From positions 1 through 42,064 of IMG/VR virus record IMGVR_UViG_3300020045_013890: DNA of 42,064 nucleotides; one strand, 5' to 3'. Positions 36,670 to 42,064 of the stretch are shown here, in pieces. Origin of the DNA: a virus (taxonomy: Duplodnaviria; Caudoviricetes). Each line of letters opens with the position of its first letter. Position 1 is the first letter of the stretch. The notes under the pieces are model-generated. The model had not been told where the DNA came from. It worked only from the letters and a program-made list of their open reading frames with translations, and searched no databases. The translations under genes were made by a program, and so were the position numbers.

Positions 36670-36891
36670 TTATGCGTCCTTGTTGTCAAGGTCTTGTCTT
36701 TTCTTTTTGATGTCGGCAATTGAGCTGATCACTTGTGCTTTGCCCTTAAGTTCAGCAAGTGCTTTAGAATACATCTCAGGTTTTTTAGACTTTGCGTATT
36801 CGACTTCTTCGATTTTGCGCGCAAGGCACTCGATCTCGTACTTGTCTTCTTCTTTAGAGTCTTCTTTTTCAACTTCGATTTCAATGGCCAT
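36670..36891 (-). CDS. 73-aa protein ending in a scaffold-like C-terminal motif
   Basis: AAGGAG RBS; last gene of the ejection operon; ISSIADIKKKR tail. Confidence 0.75.
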   Translation of the reverse strand: MAIEIEVEKEDSKEEDKYEIECLARKIEEVEYAKSKKPEMYSKALAELKGKAQVISSIADIKKKRQDLDNKDA

Positions 36892-36892
36892 A

Positions 36893-38149
36893 TTATTCTC
36901 CTTGGTTAGTTAGTTGTTTTAGTAGTCCGTATGCGCCAGCCCCGGCGGCTGCACCTGCAGGCTTGGCGAGCTTTGGTATTAAGTTAGCGGCCTTACTCAG
37001 TAGGTATGGATTGGTTGCGGCTTTCTTAAGCGCGAGTGCTCCAAGCCATTCTGGGTTGTCGGTAATGCCAGCACCCAAAGCTCCGCCACCACCCAGTATA
37101 TAATCAATTTGAGATATGGATGGCGCATTAGCCATATCACCAAGTAGTGGTGTGGCTTTGATGTTGCTGCGCAGGAGTGGCCCCTGTGCAGCATATTTAG
37201 CGGCATCATCTACTGACCCTTGTGAGAGGCGTCCGATGATTTCGTCATCAATATCTTTAACGGATGCTTTCCAAAATTGGTCTTGAATAGATGTAGTTTT
37301 TGCGGGATCGCGGGCAGCGTCTGATATCTTTCTGTTGAGCCCGCGTTTTACTTGTTCGAGTTCTTTGAGACTTCTGGGAGTTGTCGATGTTTTAGCAAGG
37401 TCTTTTTCCATGCGGCCAATGACACGTGCATCAGCACCATCAATTGCCTCACCTGTAGCTTTAGTTACAAGGTCTGTGGCGCGAGGCATGGCTCTTGGTG
37501 CAAGCGCCCCTTGTGATGCTGCAGCAGAGATAGCTTCACGCTCCAAGAGTCCTTTGGCAGTTTGGTTTTCAACAAACTCTTTAGCGGCTTTTGATGTCCC
37601 GCCCTTGAACCCTTGAGAGAGAAGACTCTCGCCAAGATTGATGCCTTTTTTAAATAGCTTTTGAGCTGCAGGTTTATATGCGGCATTCATGAGGTTTGAT
37701 GCAAGTTTAGGTGCCGCCTTTGCTGCAGCGGTTGCCCCCTTGGCAGCAGAGAAAATCACACCAGGATCAACCAGTGTCTCCGCTAGAAAACCTTGCACAG
37801 GCGTTGGGTTTTCAGCGCCAAACTGAGTCAGAAACTGTTGACCACTAATGGGATTTGCTTGAATGGCTTTAAGAAGCTGTCCTTCTTCGCCGCCCTCACC
37901 AAACGCAGAGGCAAGGCCGGTGCGAGTGACGCCGCCTGTGTAGTCAAGAACCTTACCAGCGCCCTCAAGGGCAAGCTGGCCTAGGCCCTTATCTTGGCTG
38001 CCAGCATATATCATGGCCTCTTGTTCGGCGGTGTATTGAGGCTTTGGTGCAAAGTCCATAGGAGCTGGTGCTGCCACAGATTCTTCTGCGACAGTATCCC
38101 GCCACGACTTAGCCGCAGGCGTTTCTTTAATGGAGTCTTTCCATCCCAT
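36893..38149 (-). CDS. Probable ejection / internal virion protein
   Basis: 418 aa, A/G/K-rich and helical; podovirus synteny after the tail genes. Confidence 0.65.
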   Translation of the reverse strand: MGWKDSIKETPAAKSWRDTVAEESVAAPAPMDFAPKPQYTAEQEAMIYAGSQDKGLGQLALEGAGKVLDYTGGVTRTGLASAFGEGGEEGQLLKAIQANPISGQQFLTQFGAENPTPVQGFLAETLVDPGVIFSAAKGATAAAKAAPKLASNLMNAAYKPAAQKLFKKGINLGESLLSQGFKGGTSKAAKEFVENQTAKGLLEREAISAAASQGALAPRAMPRATDLVTKATGEAIDGADARVIGRMEKDLAKTSTTPRSLKELEQVKRGLNRKISDAARDPAKTTSIQDQFWKASVKDIDDEIIGRLSQGSVDDAAKYAAQGPLLRSNIKATPLLGDMANAPSISQIDYILGGGGALGAGITDNPEWLGALALKKAATNPYLLSKAANLIPKLAKPAGAAAGAGAYGLLKQLTNQGE

Positions 38150-39090
38150 TAGTTAAATCCTTCAGCCGCAGCTTCCGACGCCTCTGCAGCGCTTGACACA
38201 GTTGCAGTTTGATTACCCTTGCGAACGGTCTTGGGATAACCACTGTCACCCGCTGGCTCTGCTGGTGCAGCAGCTCGACCATAGGCCTTGTCAATAACAC
38301 CTTGGTTTGCGCCCATGCTATCTCGAATAGCTTTAGATGTGATGAGTGCATCTTGCTTAAAGCCTTCAATATCGCGCCCGACCTGACCGGGGTTTCCAGT
38401 GGTGAATCCACCAAAGGCCACCTCAAGTTTACCAGCAAGGCGACGGGCCTCTTCGGCACCAACGGCGTCTTTTCCTTGAGTAGAGTTAAGGACCTTGATG
38501 AGCTGCCGCCCTTGTTGGAGCTTCTGAGGCTCAGTTAATGTGTCCCAGCTTGCAAACACAGAATCAATTGAGTTGGCAATAGACTCTTTAGCGGCGTTGT
38601 CTTTTGAGAGCGCCGTGATTGTTTGTTTTCTATCCTCTGGAAGGTTATCGAACATGCGCTGGGGCGCCATGGCTGCACGCATCTCATCGGCACGCGCTTG
38701 ACTTGCTTTATAAGATGCGATTTTGCCAAGCGCCGAATCACTACCACCACCTTTAGCAAGAGCTAGCTCTAAATCTGAAACGTCATTTTGACGTGCAAGT
38801 TGTGCTTTTTGATCTGCAGCAAAAGCAGGCGAAATATTTGTACCAAAGGAGCTATCAATGAGCTGCGCCATTGGGGATAGGTCAATACCAGATTGAATAT
38901 CCGCCTTACGTTTGACAAGCTGCTCTTCAAGCGCGGCTTGCTGTGCGGCTTTTGCCTCATCCTCTTGCTGCAAGAGTTGTGCGAAAATAGCATCAGGTGA
39001 TTGAGTAAGAAGCGCGCCGTAGTCTTTTTGCAAAGGGATGGATTGTTCCATCGGAGCTTGCTTTGGTTTATTGCCTAGTAGTCCTGCCAT
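38149..39090 (-). CDS. Probable ejection / internal virion protein
   Basis: 313 aa, A/Q-rich helical; MAGLLG start; GGAG RBS. Confidence 0.65.
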   Translation of the reverse strand: MAGLLGNKPKQAPMEQSIPLQKDYGALLTQSPDAIFAQLLQQEDEAKAAQQAALEEQLVKRKADIQSGIDLSPMAQLIDSSFGTNISPAFAADQKAQLARQNDVSDLELALAKGGGSDSALGKIASYKASQARADEMRAAMAPQRMFDNLPEDRKQTITALSKDNAAKESIANSIDSVFASWDTLTEPQKLQQGRQLIKVLNSTQGKDAVGAEEARRLAGKLEVAFGGFTTGNPGQVGRDIEGFKQDALITSKAIRDSMGANQGVIDKAYGRAAAPAEPAGDSGYPKTVRKGNQTATVSSAAEASEAAAEGFN

Positions 39091-39100
39091 GATGATCTCC

Positions 39101-39535
39101 TTAGCGGCTAGCGTACAGTGACTGCGATGCGTATGGGTTAAAGGACTGCATAGGAGCTACTGCATATTTATTCGCATCAAACAGCGTAGGTGCATTACCA
39201 GTGTTGAGGCCACCGATATCAGTTTTGATTTTGAGGGCATCACTGACATCTTGATTGCCTTGACTAAATAAGTTCGCACCCTTTAGTTTTTGCCCCTGTT
39301 GAAAACCAGAGACCGCGCCAGAGAGGGCGCCGCCAAGTAGGCCTGGGCCAGCATCCATCTCAGCAAGCTTCTTAGACTGACCTTGAACAAATGGAGAGAA
39401 CCGCGTGTCTTGTGCGCCTAACAGCGAATTGATCTTCTCACGGCGTGCAGCTTCTTTAGCCTTACCTGCAGCGCCAATACCACCAATGAGCGATCCAACG
39501 CCAGATGACAAAAGGCCGATTGTAATAGGGTCCAT
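39101..39535 (-). CDS. Small ejection protein (P22 gp7 / T7 gp14-like)
   Basis: MDPITIGLLSSGVGSLIGGIGAAG glycine-zipper N-terminus. Confidence 0.7.
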   Translation of the reverse strand: MDPITIGLLSSGVGSLIGGIGAAGKAKEAARREKINSLLGAQDTRFSPFVQGQSKKLAEMDAGPGLLGGALSGAVSGFQQGQKLKGANLFSQGNQDVSDALKIKTDIGGLNTGNAPTLFDANKYAVAPMQSFNPYASQSLYASR

Positions 39536-39538
39536 AGT

Positions 39539-39877
39539 CTAGTTCCTCTCCAATTTATAATAACAGACAATAAAGCGGTTATCTTTGATCTCATGGATCT
39601 TGCAGCCGTACTTTAATAGAGCCGCAAGGCTCGTATCTGGTGCCTTGTCTTTGGTGTCAACTTCGCAAAAAAGCCATTCAACGCCATTAGGTAGTTTTCT
39701 TACAAGGTCATCGGTCCATGCCTTTAATAGGCCATTGCCTCGGTGGGATTTTCCCACAAAGACCTCATGGATAAATACAGCAATATCATTAATCTGTGAC
39801 CAAACATAAAAGCCCTCAGGCATAACCTCAAGGGCTTGTCCCTTCTTCTCAGAGAGGTAATCAAGATACGCTTGCAT
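39539..39877 (-). CDS. GNAT-fold acetyltransferase-like protein
   Basis: FIHEVFVGKSHRGNG acetyl-CoA motif A; SLAALLKYG. Confidence 0.7.
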   Translation of the reverse strand: MQAYLDYLSEKKGQALEVMPEGFYVWSQINDIAVFIHEVFVGKSHRGNGLLKAWTDDLVRKLPNGVEWLFCEVDTKDKAPDTSLAALLKYGCKIHEIKDNRFIVCYYKLERN

Positions 39878-40994
39878 ATCTGATCTCGGTTTGGTTTTTT
39901 AATTTAAGTGAGTCTTCATCACTAAGTGATGCCCCCTCATTGGTTTCATGCATATCAGAGACCATGACCTTGTTTAGACCACACTCAATACAGTGACTTG
40001 AAGTAGCGATGCTGTAGGTGAAGCGAGAGACCGAATCTGCCTTAGTGGCGCAGACAGTATCCTTAGCCCGCTTCCACTCGCCGTCCTCTAGCACTGCATG
40101 GTTTGCGGTAAGAAGAATGTTTTTAAATTTCATCCACTGCGAGAGCGCAGCAATAGCTTGAGTTTTTGCATACACAACACCGCAGCTAGTCTCATCACCA
40201 ACTTCAATGAGCTTGATTGGCTTAAAGCAGCCGTTGGCCATGGCCACAAGGGTATTGGGGTGAAAACACGATGGTTTGTTTTGGGCGGCAACCTGACGCT
40301 CTTGCTCAGATTTGAGCTGAGACATGCGGAACTGGTTGTTCTGATTATACACATCAGTGTTGTAGACGTTCTGTGAGCCAGTCTCTTTCATGAGAGCATC
40401 AGTCACACCAGTTTGCTGCTGGGCACGAGTGCCCTCTTCTGCAATGCCAATATCAGCAAGGTTCTTCATGCCTTGAGCACGTAGGCCCTGACGGCCCTTC
40501 ATTGCAGCGCCAATACCGTCTGCAGCAATACGCTCACGAGATCCACTAGACAGACCACCCGATTGCGCAAGCTGCGAGTAGGCGTTCTGCTGAGCACCAA
40601 GCGATGATGCCGATAGATCGTCAATGGCAAAGCCTTGATCAATCCCTGCTTTTGTGCGCTGAGCTGCGTAGTAAGGGTTCTCACCACCACCAAAGGCCAT
40701 CTCACGCATCTTCTGAAACTCATCTGATGCTGTGGTGGAAATGCGATCTGGGCGCTCGGCAATGGTGGCTTCGATCAAGGCCCGTTCTTTATTAAGCCCA
40801 GATTCTTTTGATATCTTTTTATTAAGAGATGCGATTTGAGCTGCGTATGGATTCTGTTGAACCGCATTACCAATTCCACCAATGTTCATACCATCACCAG
40901 CTACCGCTTGAGGCTTAAACCCCTTGGACTTTTTTTGAAGGTCCTTAAGTTGCTTCTGGTAGGCATTAATATCTGTTGATTCTAATTTTGGCAT
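39861..40994 (-). CDS. Probable ejection protein with C-terminal Hint domain
   Basis: Q/A/G-rich N-terminal 242 aa (LAQSGGLSSG), then CFHPNTLVAMANG..KPI..IEVGD...LTANH Hint motifs. Confidence 0.8.
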   Translation of the reverse strand: MPKLESTDINAYQKQLKDLQKKSKGFKPQAVAGDGMNIGGIGNAVQQNPYAAQIASLNKKISKESGLNKERALIEATIAERPDRISTTASDEFQKMREMAFGGGENPYYAAQRTKAGIDQGFAIDDLSASSLGAQQNAYSQLAQSGGLSSGSRERIAADGIGAAMKGRQGLRAQGMKNLADIGIAEEGTRAQQQTGVTDALMKETGSQNVYNTDVYNQNNQFRMSQLKSEQERQVAAQNKPSCFHPNTLVAMANGCFKPIKLIEVGDETSCGVVYAKTQAIAALSQWMKFKNILLTANHAVLEDGEWKRAKDTVCATKADSVSRFTYSIATSSHCIECGLNKVMVSDMHETNEGASLSDEDSLKLKNQTEIRYASVS

Positions 40995-40995
40995 C

Positions 40996-41934
40996 TTAGT
41001 AAGCTCCTGCTCCTGAGTAGAAGTTGTCCATATCGTCGTATGCGGTTATGTCTTTTTCAATTTCGTCTTCTTGATCCGGCACCTTGTCGGTGAGCGTTTC
41101 AATCATTTGCTTTCTGAGCTCATCAAGCTTGATTTTTTCATCAGCAATACGTGGGTTGCCAAGCTCTTTCTTCAAACACTCCACGATTACATGTTGCGTG
41201 ATAAAGTTCCAAAACTCAGGATAATCGATGTAATCAGTTAACGCAGACGGCACAAAAGCTCTCCTTATATAATAACAAAGCATGCGCGGCTCCGTTGCTG
41301 TAATGGCAATAGCAGTACCTGTAGCAGTAGCCGCTTGGCTCATGCGAAGGGTACTTGCACCAGTATCAACCGACTCAATCCACGTGCCATCTGGTATTCC
41401 AGTTCCAGTTATAAAGTAGCGGGCCGCAAGGCCAGTGGTGGAGCTAAGTACTGTGAGTGTTTTAGAATCAAGAGTGGTGGTTGCGGTAATGCCTGACACT
41501 ACCGCCGTTACGTCTTGTGACGCGGGCGACATCTCGATAGTGGGGCCTACAAGCACTGAGTTATTAAAAAGCTGGTATGAATAGTACGAACCAGTTGAGT
41601 ACTGCTGCACGAGCTTTTGCTCAGCATAACGATTCTTGCGTGTATTGCGACGCACGTCGTAAAACTTCGTATTGTCATTAAATACAAGACGAAGGATTTT
41701 TTGAGCATAAATATTTTCAGGCAGGGGATACGTCGAAACACCAGCCTCAAGAGCTATGGGCGCCACTGTCTCGAAATACATGTCCTCAATATCGAGCTTA
41801 TGTATCTCAGCCTCACAGTATTTAATCGCTTCTTCAAAGTACTGGGTGAGCTCTTCATTGTTGATGAAAATCTCATCCTGCAGATCAAGCTTGTTTTCAA
41901 CAAAGCTTAGTGCATCGCCATAGGTCTTAAACAT
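40996..41934 (-). CDS. Head-tail adaptor / tail tubular protein A-like
   Basis: Helical N- and C-termini (EELTQYFEEAI; YPEFWNFITQHVI) around a beta core with YPLP..I...LRL. Start moved to MFKTY (41934). Confidence 0.7.
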   Translation of the reverse strand: MFKTYGDALSFVENKLDLQDEIFINNEELTQYFEEAIKYCEAEIHKLDIEDMYFETVAPIALEAGVSTYPLPENIYAQKILRLVFNDNTKFYDVRRNTRKNRYAEQKLVQQYSTGSYYSYQLFNNSVLVGPTIEMSPASQDVTAVVSGITATTTLDSKTLTVLSSTTGLAARYFITGTGIPDGTWIESVDTGASTLRMSQAATATGTAIAITATEPRMLCYYIRRAFVPSALTDYIDYPEFWNFITQHVIVECLKKELGNPRIADEKIKLDELRKQMIETLTDKVPDQEDEIEKDITAYDDMDNFYSGAGAY

Positions 41935-41943
41935 CTTGATATG

Positions 41944-42064
41944 CCCCCGCAAATAATCTTATCACGCACGCCCCGGTGGTGCTAATCACCAGGTAATCTG
42001 GTGTGAAAAGTTCATAGTGATAAGTACTAGTATAAGGCCCAGCGCCATCTGTATCAAGGATGGC
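41944..42064. repeat. Terminal direct repeat, copy 2
   Basis: Identical to 1-121. Confidence 0.95.

Noticed and set aside
39954-40268. Second true splicing intein
   Set aside because: No C-terminal His-Asn/Gln followed by Cys/Ser/Thr, and almost no C-extein; treated as a cleavage-type Hint domain
710-41910. Numerous 60-180 aa antisense or alternate-frame ORFs in the track (e.g. 8844-9206, 20411-20887, 31429-31968)
   Set aside because: Nested within well-supported genes, with no recognisable motifs; treated as shadow ORFs
338-41934. Alternative genetic code or diversity-generating retroelement
   Set aside because: Genes pack densely under the standard code using TAA, TAG and TGA stops; no RT or template/variable repeat pair noticed
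41944-42064. 121-bp terminal repeat as a biological direct terminal repeat
   Set aside because: It falls mid-gene and its length is typical of an assembler k-mer overlap; most likely a circularisation artefact

Overview
The window is an apparently complete, circularly assembled ~41.9 kb tailed dsDNA phage genome. Bases 1-121 are repeated at 41944-42064, and a gene reads through the junction. Gene content is podovirus-like. A minus-strand morphogenesis arm carries TerS, TerL, portal, scaffold, major capsid, fibres, nozzle, adaptor and ejection proteins. An accessory region (about 16.7-26.9 kb) encodes a dNMP kinase, a beta-helix enzyme, an HNH-AP2 nuclease, FN3 and papain-like exported proteins, two cell-wall hydrolases, several lipoproteins and a catalytic-domain-only tyrosine recombinase. 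A replication module has an iteron/DnaA-box origin, Prim-Pol-helicase, Sak4-like ATPase, SSB, SF2 helicase, VRR-NUC, two small MTase-like genes and a YqaJ exonuclease. The most notable signals are: (1) an ejection-type protein ending in a non-splicing, Hedgehog-like Hint domain; (2) a 73-aa protein that shares the scaffold's C-terminal motif (possible capsid-targeting adaptor); (3) a ~190-nt GU-rich nested RNA structure in front of the helicase; (4) a class-3 (WCT) LAGLIDADG intein starting with Met in the TerL Walker A motif; (5) a near-consensus sigma54 promoter with an apparently leaderless early gene; (6) chains of translationally coupled micro-ORFs that look like deletion scars. All functional calls come from reading motifs and synteny by eye; no searches were run.
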